DNA from: a virus
Virus record (IMG/VR): IMGVR_UViG_3300028073_000008
Location: 32,001-96,000 of that record
DNA: 64,000 bases
Reading direction: 5' to 3' (one strand)
Below the pieces are notes generated by a model. That model searched no databases. It saw nothing but the letters and a program-made list of their open reading frames with translations, and had not been told where the DNA came from. Shown here piece after piece: positions 49,605 to 57,277 of the stretch. Each line of letters opens with the position of its first letter. Position 1 is the stretch's first letter. Both the position numbers and the translations under genes were made by a program.

Positions 49605-49680
49605 GCCAGTTTAGCTGATGTGGTCATAGCGGTGGTCTGAAGAACCATTGAACTAGGTTCGATTCCTAGAGCTGGCACCA
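49605..49680 (+). tRNA. tRNA-Phe(GAA)
   Basis: gtggt-CTGAAGA-accat, CCA. Confidence 0.88.
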
Positions 49681-49690
49681 AATTTTTTAG

Positions 49691-49718
49691 TTGACACGTT
49701 TTTTAGATGTGCTATATT
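49691..49718 (+). promoter_or_regulatory. sigma70-like internal promoter
   Basis: TTGACA-16-TATATT with TG. Confidence 0.55.
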
Positions 49719-49735
49719 AGTATCATAACTGGCTA

Positions 49736-49810
49736 GGGCGTGTAGCTTAAAGGTGAAGCCGGCCGCTCATAACGGTCTTAGTGTGTGTTCGAGTCACACC
49801 GCGCCCACCA
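49736..49810 (+). tRNA. tRNA(CAT), probably Ile2
   Basis: ggccg-CTCATAA-cggtc, CCA; isotype inferred. Confidence 0.75.
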
Positions 49811-49825
49811 GTTATTAAAGTTTTT

Positions 49826-49924
49826 GCCCCTGTAGCTTAATGGTAAAGAAGCGAGCTTATACCTCGCCAAAGCACAGGCCAGATAAGCCTGAGTGTGCAG
49901 GTTCGAGTCCTGCCAGGGGCACCA
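49826..49924 (+). tRNA. atypical tRNA(TAT), Ile anticodon with long variable arm
   Basis: gcgag-CTTATAC-ctcgc, ~29 nt V region, CCA. Confidence 0.7.
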
Positions 49925-49929
49925 TATGC

Positions 49930-50005
49930 GGGCGTATAACTCAGTCGGTAGAGTAGCTGACTCTTAATCAGTTTGTCGTAGGTTCGATCCCTACTGCGCC
50001 TACCA
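49930..50005 (+). tRNA. tRNA-Lys(CTT)
   Basis: gctga-CTCTTAA-tcagt, CCA. Confidence 0.88.
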
Positions 50006-50010
50006 AGTAT

Positions 50011-50086
50011 GCCGTCGTAGTGTTAGTGGCTAGCACGACTGTTTGTGGAGCAGTAGGAGTTGGATCGAAACCAACCGCCGGTACCA
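50011..50086 (+). tRNA. tRNA-His(GTG), non-canonical (no G-1; U72, A73)
   Basis: actgt-TTGTGGA-gcagt; acceptor GCCGTCG/CGCCGGT-A-CCA. Confidence 0.7.
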
Positions 50087-50091
50087 TTTAA

Positions 50092-50187
50092 GCACTAGCC
50101 GTAAGGCCGGCGATAAGAAGGAAGCACGAGCATAGCTGTGTTTGCTTGGTCGGTGGATTGGAACGACTCACTCTTTTCACTAGTGCC
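50092..50187 (+). ncRNA. unassigned structured RNA
   Basis: GCACTAG/CTAGTGC closing stem with internal hairpins. Confidence 0.45.
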
Positions 50188-50191
50188 CTTT

Positions 50192-50269
50192 GCCCCTGTG
50201 GACAAATTGGTAAAGTCATCTCTCTCAAAAGGAGAAGTTCTCTCAGTTCGAATCTGAGCAGGGGTACCA
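50192..50269 (+). tRNA. tRNA-Leu(CAA), short V arm
   Basis: tctct-CTCAAAA-ggaga, CCA. Confidence 0.8.
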
Positions 50270-50284
50270 CTTATAAATAGACTG

Positions 50285-51772
50285 ATGAAAGGTCTTATTT
50301 TTAATATTTTGGGTTCACCGACCCGAACGCTAGGCGCATATCGTATAGCTCATTGTCTCAGAGAAGAAGGTTGGGACATCGAAGTTATCGACTTCTGCGA
50401 AGTTTGGGAGTTAGATGAATTACAAGAGTTAGCAAAATCCCGGATCGACAAAGACACTGTCTTTCTAGGATTTAGTTTTCTTTTCAGCAACATGTCTGAA
50501 AGATTTGAAAACTATATCAAATGGTTGAAAGTTACTTTCCCAGATGTATTGTTGATTTCAGGAGGACAAGTAGCTGCTCAGTTTGATACTAGTTCTTTTG
50601 ATTTACATATAAAAGGTTTCGGTGAACTAGCACTGTTAGAATTCCTTAGATGGTACAAAGGCAACGGACCTAGACCGAGATTTGATTTGTTATCAAAAGG
50701 GTGTAAGCTCATAGATGCTAACAAACAGTATCCGGCATATCCAATGAAGAGTCTCATGGTCAAGTATGAAGATAGAGATTTCATAGACTCAAACGAATGG
50801 TTGACTATAGAGTTTGCTCGAGGTTGTAAATTTAAATGTGACTTCTGTAACTTTCCAATCTTAGGAGTCAAGGGCGACTATAGCAGAGATGCCGAAGACG
50901 CTAGGATACAATTACAAGACAGCTATGATAGATTCGGAGTATCCAACTATCTCGTATCAGATGAAACATTTAATGACCGAACTGAAAAGATCAGCAAGTT
51001 CGCTGATGTTGTAGAACAGCTTTCATTCCGACCTTGGTTCTCAGGATTCGTCAGGGCAGATTTATTGATATCTCGTCCTAGAGATAGAGAAGAACTGCTT
51101 AGGATGAATTTCCTAGGACAGTATTATGGTATAGAAAGTTTCAACAGAGATGCTGCCAGGATAGTTGGCAAAGGAATGGATCCTGAAAAGATCAAACAAG
51201 GGTTGATAGATATAAAAAATTATTATCATTCAAATGGTACAAAATTGTATCGAGGATCTATTAGTTTGATCATAGGGTTAGCAAAAGAAAATAGAGAAAG
51301 CCTAGACAATACTATTAGATGGTTGACAGAGAATTGGAGTGGCGAATCATTCAGTCCGTTTGTATTAGAAGTGCCTATAGGTTCGTTCGATACAAAATCT
51401 TCGATAAGTTCAAACTATCAATCATATGGTTATAGATTGATGAAAGATTCTGATGTAAAACGCAGCGCAAACTTGAATGTCGGGTATGTTAGGAGAGAAA
51501 CAGCTCTTAGTGAAGACTGTCTAAAATGGGAGCATGACGATCTTAACATAGTAGAAGCTACCCAGATACAGGATGAATGGTTAGAAGTTAGAGATAATCC
51601 TAACAATAAATTCACTGTAAACTGTTTTAGTTTAAGCGATGTCGGTAGACACTTACCTATATCTGAAAAATTAAAACTGCCTCAAAAGGCAATCGACATG
51701 AGTACAGATTGGAATCATCCAGATTTCAAAGAACTGATGGCGAATTATAAGTTCAAAAAATTATCTTTGTGA
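50285..51772 (+). CDS. B12-binding (class B-like) radical SAM protein
   Basis: LGAYRIA..LR, SGG, ARGCKFKCDFC, DETFND, GIES; TATAAATA upstream. Confidence 0.85.
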   Translation: MKGLIFNILGSPTRTLGAYRIAHCLREEGWDIEVIDFCEVWELDELQELAKSRIDKDTVFLGFSFLFSNMSERFENYIKWLKVTFPDVLLISGGQVAAQFDTSSFDLHIKGFGELALLEFLRWYKGNGPRPRFDLLSKGCKLIDANKQYPAYPMKSLMVKYEDRDFIDSNEWLTIEFARGCKFKCDFCNFPILGVKGDYSRDAEDARIQLQDSYDRFGVSNYLVSDETFNDRTEKISKFADVVEQLSFRPWFSGFVRADLLISRPRDREELLRMNFLGQYYGIESFNRDAARIVGKGMDPEKIKQGLIDIKNYYHSNGTKLYRGSISLIIGLAKENRESLDNTIRWLTENWSGESFSPFVLEVPIGSFDTKSSISSNYQSYGYRLMKDSDVKRSANLNVGYVRRETALSEDCLKWEHDDLNIVEATQIQDEWLEVRDNPNNKFTVNCFSLSDVGRHLPISEKLKLPQKAIDMSTDWNHPDFKELMANYKFKKLSL

Positions 51773-51801
51773 TTGACAGCAGTCAGTTAATGTAGTACAA
51801 T
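51773..51801 (+). promoter_or_regulatory. sigma70 internal promoter
   Basis: TTGACA-17-TACAAT. Confidence 0.75.
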
Positions 51802-51813
51802 AATCAAACTTAG

Positions 51814-51891
51814 GGACAGGTGCCAGAGAGGTCCAATGGAACAGTCTGCAAAACTGTAAAGCCGTGGGTTCAAATCCCACCCTGTCCTCCA
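51814..51891 (+). tRNA. tRNA-Cys(GCA)
   Basis: acagt-CTGCAAA-actgt, U73, CCA. Confidence 0.9.
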
Positions 51892-51918
51892 CGTTGTTTG
51901 ACAATCAAATCAGTTAAT

Positions 51919-51993
51919 GCTCCGGTCGTCTATCGGTCAGGACGCTGCCCTTTCAAGGCGGAAAGAGGGGTTCGACTCCCCTTCGGAGTACCA
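51919..51993 (+). tRNA. tRNA-Glu(TTC)
   Basis: ctgcc-CTTTCAA-ggcgg, CCA. Confidence 0.9.
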
Positions 51994-51999
51994 TTTAAT

Positions 52000-52075
52000 G
52001 CGGGCGTAGCTCAGTTGGTAGAGCATTACCTTGCCAAGGTAAATGTCGTCGGTTCGAACCCGATCGCCCGCTCCA
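52000..52075 (+). tRNA. tRNA-Gly(GCC)
   Basis: ttacc-TTGCCAA-ggtaa, CCA. Confidence 0.92.
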
Positions 52076-52130
52076 ATTTTTTAAAGGAGGAAACTATCAT
52101 GGGAGATGATGGTAAATCTGGTAAACGTTT

Positions 52131-52206
52131 GGGCCCTTAGCTCAGTAGGTAGAGCAGCGGACTTTTAATCCGTTGGTCGTGAGTTCGAATCTCACAGGGC
52201 CCACCA
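52131..52206 (+). tRNA. tRNA-Lys(TTT)
   Basis: gcgga-CTTTTAA-tccgt, CCA. Confidence 0.92.
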
Positions 52207-52304
52207 TTACCATATTGAAATATACTGTAGCGGGTTCGCAAGTATGAGTCGCATTCTAAAGAGTGTCCTTGAACTGAATATAGTGTATTTCAATATGTTA
52301 ATGG
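52204..52304 (+). ncRNA. long-stem element between tRNAs
   Basis: CCATTA-C-CATATTGAAATATACT pairs with AGTGTATTTCAATATG-T-TAATGG. Confidence 0.55.
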
Positions 52305-52378
52305 CAGTATAGCATAGCGGCTAATGCGGCACCTTCATACGGTGTATATCGTAGGTTCGAGTCCTACTACTGCTACCA
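52303..52378 (+). tRNA. tRNA-Met(CAT), probably elongator
   Basis: gcacc-TTCATAC-ggtgt, CCA. Confidence 0.8.
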
Positions 52379-52387
52379 TAAAAATTC

Positions 52388-52463
52388 GGGCCAGTAGCTC
52401 ATCTGGGAGAGCGCCTCGTTTGCACCGAGGAGGTAGCGGGTTCAAGTCCTGTCTGGTCCACCA
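52388..52463 (+). tRNA. tRNA-Ala(TGC)
   Basis: cctcg-TTTGCAC-cgagg; G3:U70; CCA. Confidence 0.92.
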
Positions 52464-52469
52464 TGTTAT

Positions 52470-52544
52470 GGCTCGTTCATATAGTGGCTATTATGCCTGC
52501 CTGTCTAGCAGGACATAGGGGTTCGATTCCCCTACGAGTCGCCA
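52470..52544 (+). tRNA. tRNA-Asp(GTC)
   Basis: cctgc-CTGTCTA-gcagg, CCA. Confidence 0.88.
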
Positions 52545-52551
52545 ACTCTAT

Positions 52552-52627
52552 TCCGGAGTAGCACAGAGGTAGTTGCAGCGGACTGTTAATCCGCGTGTCG
52601 TTGGTTCGATCCCAACCTCCGGAGCCA
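52552..52627 (+). tRNA. tRNA-Asn(GTT)
   Basis: gcgga-CTGTTAA-tccgc, CCA. Confidence 0.9.
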
Positions 52628-52630
52628 AGT

Positions 52631-52845
52631 TTTGAGAGTGTCAGCAAGAGAAAGACACGCTGGTTAGGTTTCTTCGAAGGACCGACCCAGTAGAAGGTGG
52701 CGGGTTCGATGCCCGGCGGATCGGAAGATCCGTGTACAAGGTGGCGTACTATCTGGTCCGGTATCCCGAGTGACGTACCGAGTCCCGCTAGCTAATCCGG
52801 AGAAGGGTGAATGGTAGCAATAACGATGGTGCTACAACTCTCAAA
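52631..52845 (+). ncRNA. unassigned GC-rich structured RNA (~215 nt)
   Basis: TTTGAGAGT/ACTCTCAAA closing stem, many internal hairpins. Confidence 0.55.
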
Positions 52846-52853
52846 TTCATTAT

Positions 52854-52928
52854 TGGGGAATCGTCTAATCGGTAGGACACCTGACTTTGACTCAGGCAGT
52901 ATTGGTTCGAGTCCAGTTTCCCCAGCCA
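52854..52928 (+). tRNA. tRNA-Gln(TTG)
   Basis: cctga-CTTTGAC-tcagg, CCA. Confidence 0.9.
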
Positions 52929-52929
52929 C

Positions 52930-53004
52930 ACCGGAGTAGCTCAGAGGTAGAGCAGCGGCCCGATAAGCCGTTGGTCGTTGGTTCAATTCCAACCTTCGGT
53001 ACCA
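52930..53004 (+). tRNA. tRNA-Ile(GAT), C33 variant
   Basis: gcggc-CCGATAA-gccgt, CCA. Confidence 0.82.
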
Positions 53005-53050
53005 GAATACGGTTGACACAGTCAACAAAAGACTACATAATATAAACAAT

Positions 53051-53133
53051 GCCCCGATGGTGGAATTGGTAGACACGCTGGTCTTAGAAGCCAGTACTTC
53101 GGTGTGCGAGTTCGAGTCTCGCTTGGGGCACCA
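53051..53133 (+). tRNA. tRNA-Leu(TAG)
   Basis: ctggt-CTTAGAA-gccag, V arm, CCA. Confidence 0.9.
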
Positions 53134-53276
53134 TTAGTTAGTAGCATAGCTCGTCGGCCTACGATCAAGGCTAACCTTGTCCGAAGCGGGAAGCCTATGA
53201 TACTAGTAACTGGTCTGTGTAACAGATCAACAATAGGTAGCAAGAGGATAGTAAACTATGCTACTAACTAATGGTG
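53129..53276 (+). repeat. 21 bp perfect inverted repeat enclosing ~106 nt
   Basis: CACCATTAGTTAGTAGCATAG / CTATGCTACTAACTAATGGTG. Confidence 0.8.
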
Positions 53277-53284
53277 AAAGTTTA

Positions 53285-53359
53285 GGGTGATTAGCTCAGT
53301 GGTAGAGCGCCTCGTTTACACCGAGGATGTCGGGAGTTCGACCCTCTCATCACCCACCA
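53285..53359 (+). tRNA. tRNA-Val(TAC)
   Basis: cctcg-TTTACAC-cgagg, CCA. Confidence 0.92.
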
Positions 53360-53364
53360 ATTAT

Positions 53365-53454
53365 GGAAGTGTGGTCGAGTCTGGTTTATGGCAACGGTCT
53401 TGAAAACCGTCGAACCGAAAGGTTCCGTGAGTTCGAATCTCACCGCTTCCGCCA
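53365..53454 (+). tRNA. tRNA-Ser(TGA)
   Basis: acggt-CTTGAAA-accgt, long V arm, CCA. Confidence 0.92.
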
Positions 53455-53468
53455 TATTAAATAGTATC

Positions 53469-54257
53469 ATGAAAGCTATAAAGATACTGATCTGCGGACT
53501 GCCAGGAGCAGGTAAAACAACACTGGCTAAAGCATTACAATCTAGATTAGGTGATACCGAACACCTAGAAGCAGATGCTGTTAGAAAACGGTTTGATGAT
53601 TGGGACTTCAGTGAAGAAGGACGAATCAGGCAAAGCTTCAGGATGAAACTGCTGTCAGATGAAAGCGAAGCACGTTACGTGATCGCCGACTTCATAGCAC
53701 CTCTAGAAGCTACTAGAAAAAACTATTCAGCAGATTGGACCATTTGGGTTGACACTATCCGCGAAGGCAGATATGAAGATACCAACAAGATGTTCCAAGA
53801 ACCAGACATATATGATTTCCGTATCACTGAACAAGATGCTGAAAAATGGGCAGCGTTTATCTCTGATCATATATTGGCCGATCGCAGACGTCCTGTATGG
53901 AATAATCGCAAAGAAACTGTACAGATGTTAGGTCGTTGGCAACCATGGCATGATGGGCATCGTGCTCTATTCGAAAGAGCGTTGGCCAAGACTGGTCAAG
54001 TCTGTATCATGGTGCGTGATTGCCAAGGTTGGAATGATAGTAATCCGTTCAACTTCTACGATGTGGCTAGATTTATCAAGAGAGATCTAGATCCTTTGTA
54101 TCAAGGTCAATTCCAAATCGTGCTTGTGCCTAATATCGTGAACATCACGTATGGTAGGGATGTAGGTTACAAGATCGAACAAGAACATTTTGATCAATCT
54201 ATCACTGATATCTCTGCTACAAAGATAAGAGAATCGTTGAATATCAAGAAGGATTGA
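53469..54257 (+). CDS. APS-kinase-like P-loop domain fused to HxGH nucleotidyltransferase
   Basis: GLPGAGKTT, DFSEEGR; GRWQPWHDGH. Confidence 0.8.
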   Translation: MKAIKILICGLPGAGKTTLAKALQSRLGDTEHLEADAVRKRFDDWDFSEEGRIRQSFRMKLLSDESEARYVIADFIAPLEATRKNYSADWTIWVDTIREGRYEDTNKMFQEPDIYDFRITEQDAEKWAAFISDHILADRRRPVWNNRKETVQMLGRWQPWHDGHRALFERALAKTGQVCIMVRDCQGWNDSNPFNFYDVARFIKRDLDPLYQGQFQIVLVPNIVNITYGRDVGYKIEQEHFDQSITDISATKIRESLNIKKD

Positions 54258-54258
54258 T

Positions 54259-54900
54259 ATGAGTAGCGTTGTTGTTACAGGTGAAAAGAACATAGCGTTC
54301 GTACACAATCCCAAAGTGGCTGGTATGAGTATCAAGAGTTGGTTGATATCTAACAGAAAGAACAGCACGTATCAAGAATTTGATCTCAAAGTAACGTTCA
54401 ATGATCTAAAAAACACAGTAGACAATTTGCCATTTAGCTTTAGCATAGTTAGAAACCCTTGGGACCGCATGGTCAGTGGTTACTATGAACTGCGTAGATG
54501 GTATGATAATCCAGGAAAAGCCAGCCAAGACAATTTAAATTTTGTCCGAGACTATTTTAATAGATCTCCGTTTCCATCTTTCGATCAGTTTATGAACGAA
54601 TTTCCACAAGACGAAATGTGGTCTGTGTTATATCCTATGCTGTCTCCATATCCTCCTACATGGCCTAAAGGTGCCGTGACACAGAAGCAGTATGTTGACG
54701 GTGTAAATTTGATATTGCGATATGAAAATATCGAAGAAGATTTCAAACAGATACAAAAGATCTATGATTGTGATGTGCCATTGCCCATGATCAATACTTC
54801 CGAAAATAATGACTATAGATCATACTACAACGATAGGACTAAAGCCATAGTAGCTGCGTTCTTCCAAGAAGACATAGACACATTCAGATACAGTTTCTAA
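54259..54900 (+). CDS. sulfotransferase (family 2)
   Basis: FVHNPKVAG.S, VRNPWDRMVS.Y, ED...F.Y.F. Confidence 0.85.
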   Translation: MSSVVVTGEKNIAFVHNPKVAGMSIKSWLISNRKNSTYQEFDLKVTFNDLKNTVDNLPFSFSIVRNPWDRMVSGYYELRRWYDNPGKASQDNLNFVRDYFNRSPFPSFDQFMNEFPQDEMWSVLYPMLSPYPPTWPKGAVTQKQYVDGVNLILRYENIEEDFKQIQKIYDCDVPLPMINTSENNDYRSYYNDRTKAIVAAFFQEDIDTFRYSF

Positions 54901-54961
54901 AATCTTATACCACGATAAGTATCATTGTTCCGCAGTGCGGTAAAAAACAAGGAGGACTATC

Positions 54962-55381
54962 ATGAGTATCATGGACTTTATCCATAAGATAGAACAAGTC
55001 AGTGAAACTGCTGCTAGAAGACTGTCTCATCGTGCTTTACACGCGGCCGCAACTGTCTATAGTGATGCTAAAGAATTAGCCGACAAGTCGGCCAAGGACG
55101 TAGACAAAGCCAAGGCCAAACTAGAAGATGCCATGAAGAAGGCATATCAACACGCCGATGCTGCCCATTCAGCCGCAGTCGACGCATATGAAAAAGCCAA
55201 TGCTGAAGCACAAAGATTGGCACAAGAAGTCGAAGACGCTGCTTTCGAAGCAGCAAATAAACTGAATGCTCTTATCAATGCTGGGTTACAACCTATTCCC
55301 GGCAAAGAAGAGAAAAAAGAAGAACCAGAACCTTATTCTAGAGCAAATGCTGTAGACAAAGATTCTGTTTCAGTGTTATAA
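54962..55381 (+). CDS. Ala-rich helical hypothetical
   Basis: SD AGGAGG. Confidence 0.65.
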   Translation: MSIMDFIHKIEQVSETAARRLSHRALHAAATVYSDAKELADKSAKDVDKAKAKLEDAMKKAYQHADAAHSAAVDAYEKANAEAQRLAQEVEDAAFEAANKLNALINAGLQPIPGKEEKKEEPEPYSRANAVDKDSVSVL

Positions 55382-55390
55382 TAGAACATT

Positions 55391-55482
55391 GGTGAGGTGG
55401 ATGAGAGGCTTAAATCAGCAGTTTGCTAAACTGTCGTAGGCAGAAATGTCTACCGCGGGTTCGAATCCCGCCCTCACCGCCA
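55391..55482 (+). tRNA. tRNA-Ser(GCT)
   Basis: gcagt-TTGCTAA-actgt, long V arm, CCA. Confidence 0.9.
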
Positions 55483-55505
55483 AGTTCAAATATAAGTAAG
55501 AATAC

Positions 55506-55581
55506 GCTGCTTTAGCTCAGCCGGTAGAGCAACTGCCTTGTAAGCAGTAGGTCGTCAGTTCGAATCCGACAAGCAGCACCA
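55506..55581 (+). tRNA. tRNA-Thr(TGT)
   Basis: actgc-CTTGTAA-gcagt, CCA. Confidence 0.9.
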
Positions 55582-55595
55582 TAATAAGGCAATAG

Positions 55596-56213
55596 ATGAA
55601 ATACGCTTATATCAATCCAACTGTGATAGCTGTAGACGACCTGCCAGCAGATGTCTTTGCCTATCTCAAGAACATGGTAGATACAGCGCATCAAATGACT
55701 CAGTTCAACGATGCTGGAGATCAATCCATTAGCATTAGAGGCGGTCAACAGATACAGCTATTGCCTAACGACTTTGGTCAGGATGTCACTGTATTGAAAA
55801 GTTTCGTGGAACAACGATGCTATGATTACATGGATACACTGACTAGACAATCGGGTAAACCTGATCTAGTCAATCTTGAACCAGAACTTGTGAGTGCCTG
55901 GACTATCAGACAAACAGCTGGTAACTATCAGGCCTTACATACACATAACGCACATATCAGCGGCAACATCTACATAGATGTTCCAGACCTAGATCCAGGA
56001 AGTCAATCTTCAGATGCCAATCTAGAATTTAGATTTCCTGTGGTCAAGGATCCCAGCAAGTTTACTTTTATAGATCAATTGAGATTTTCTCCGCGACCCA
56101 TGATGATGGTCATGTTTCCTAGCTATCTTCCACATACAGTATACCCGTGGAATGGACAAGGACACAGAACTATTTTGGCATGGGACGTGAAATTAAAGCC
56201 AAAAATGGCTTGA
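55596..56213 (+). CDS. 2OG-Fe(II) oxygenase (TIGR02466-like)
   Basis: HTH...SG..Y, FPSYL.H.V.P, R..AW. Confidence 0.78.
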   Translation: MKYAYINPTVIAVDDLPADVFAYLKNMVDTAHQMTQFNDAGDQSISIRGGQQIQLLPNDFGQDVTVLKSFVEQRCYDYMDTLTRQSGKPDLVNLEPELVSAWTIRQTAGNYQALHTHNAHISGNIYIDVPDLDPGSQSSDANLEFRFPVVKDPSKFTFIDQLRFSPRPMMMVMFPSYLPHTVYPWNGQGHRTILAWDVKLKPKMA

Positions 56214-56238
56214 CAGCATACACAAAATATCGTATTAT
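56210..56238 (+). promoter_or_regulatory. sigma70 promoter
   Basis: TTGACA-17-TATTAT. Confidence 0.7.
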
Positions 56239-56242
56239 AGAG

Positions 56243-56505
56243 TTGTTGCGTAGGAAACTGCGCAGCCGGCGAGGTAAAGGGTAGATGAGGATAGACAATC
56301 GTTCGGCTTCATGCCGAGCTCCAATACTGGCAAACAGTCTTGAAAACTGTCCGTGCTTGTGTGTTCCGATACCAAAATAGAATGTCTGTTGATAGTCGGA
56401 AATAAGCAGGCCTCTGTGCTATGTACATTGAGGTTTGTCAAAGGCGTTATCGTTGATCCGCCCCTGTCAGTTGTCCGGTCTATTACTTGACCTTTTACCA
56501 ACCCG
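56243..56505 (+). ncRNA. unassigned highly structured RNA / long leader
   Basis: GAAA hairpin, GGTAAAGGGT/ACCTTTTACC closing stem, multiple inner hairpins. Confidence 0.6.
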
Positions 56506-56527
56506 TTATTAATCAAAGGAAAAAGAA

Positions 56528-57100
56528 ATGAACATCACTCTACGCAAGGCAAACGCACTACAAACAGCAATCAATGATGCTATCCGTAGCATCAAGGTCG
56601 AAACTTCGATCGAACTGAACGAATTCCAAGATGTAGCAGCAGAATTGAAAGCTGCCAATGACCAACTGTTTGCCAGCGATGCTCGTAGACAGAAGTTGCT
56701 GTTGGCTCTTTACAACATCCGCGGTCTAGTAGCCGCAGCCAACGCTACTAATGACATCGATCTCAACCTAACCAAGGCTGCGTTCATCGACAAGCGCATC
56801 GGCCAGTTGGAAGAAATGGCTAACCAAAAGCCAGTGACTGATGTCGCTGTGCTCACAGGCAAGCTGGAAAAGATCAAGAATGACAAGGGCGAACATCGTA
56901 GCCGCATTTACGGCTACAGCGATACTGTCGCTACTTCTGTGCTCAGCCAGGAACAGATCGACAAGGTCAAGGCTGAGATCTTGAATCTCAAGAAGCAGAA
57001 GCAAAAGATCAACGATTCTATCTTGGAAGCTAACATCAAGACAGAAATTCCGTTGAGCGACGATGTCGCAGAAACATTGAAAGTAGAAAATCTACTGTAA
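56528..57100 (+). CDS. coiled-coil protein (DIP1984-like by pattern)
   Basis: M..TLRKA..LQ ... I.D.I.EAN.KTEI. Confidence 0.55.
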   Translation: MNITLRKANALQTAINDAIRSIKVETSIELNEFQDVAAELKAANDQLFASDARRQKLLLALYNIRGLVAAANATNDIDLNLTKAAFIDKRIGQLEEMANQKPVTDVAVLTGKLEKIKNDKGEHRSRIYGYSDTVATSVLSQEQIDKVKAEILNLKKQKQKINDSILEANIKTEIPLSDDVAETLKVENLL

Positions 57101-57106
57101 GTTTAT

Positions 57107-57181
57107 AGCAGGGTAGAGAAGCAGTAACTCACCAGGTTCATACCCTGGAGATCGGTGGTGCGATTCCACCCCCTGCAACCA
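57107..57181 (+). tRNA. tRNA(CAT), initiator-like
   Basis: A1xA72 mismatch; ccagg-TTCATAC-cctgg, CCA. Confidence 0.78.
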
Positions 57182-57185
57182 GTTT

Positions 57186-57262
57186 CGGAGTGTAGCGCAG
57201 CCTGGTAGCGCAACTGGTTTGGGACCAGTGGGTCGGGAGTTCGAATCTCTCCACTCCGACCA
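57186..57262 (+). tRNA. tRNA-Pro(TGG), second copy
   Basis: actgg-TTTGGGA-ccagt, CCA. Confidence 0.92.
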
Positions 57263-57277
57263 TTTATTGAGGTATAT

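Noticed and set aside
50192-50269. Possible TCA (opal/Sec) suppressor anticodon
   Set aside because: The stem register gives loop CTCAAAA, anticodon CAA (Leu).
52631-52845. tmRNA or RNase P RNA
   Set aside because: Lacks tRNA-Ala-like ends and a tag ORF, and lacks the GAGGAAAGUCC motif.
49478-53243. Short ORFs overlapping tRNAs (49478-, 50088-, 51820+, 52324+, 52792-, 53022-)
   Set aside because: Artefacts of GC-rich tRNA sequence.
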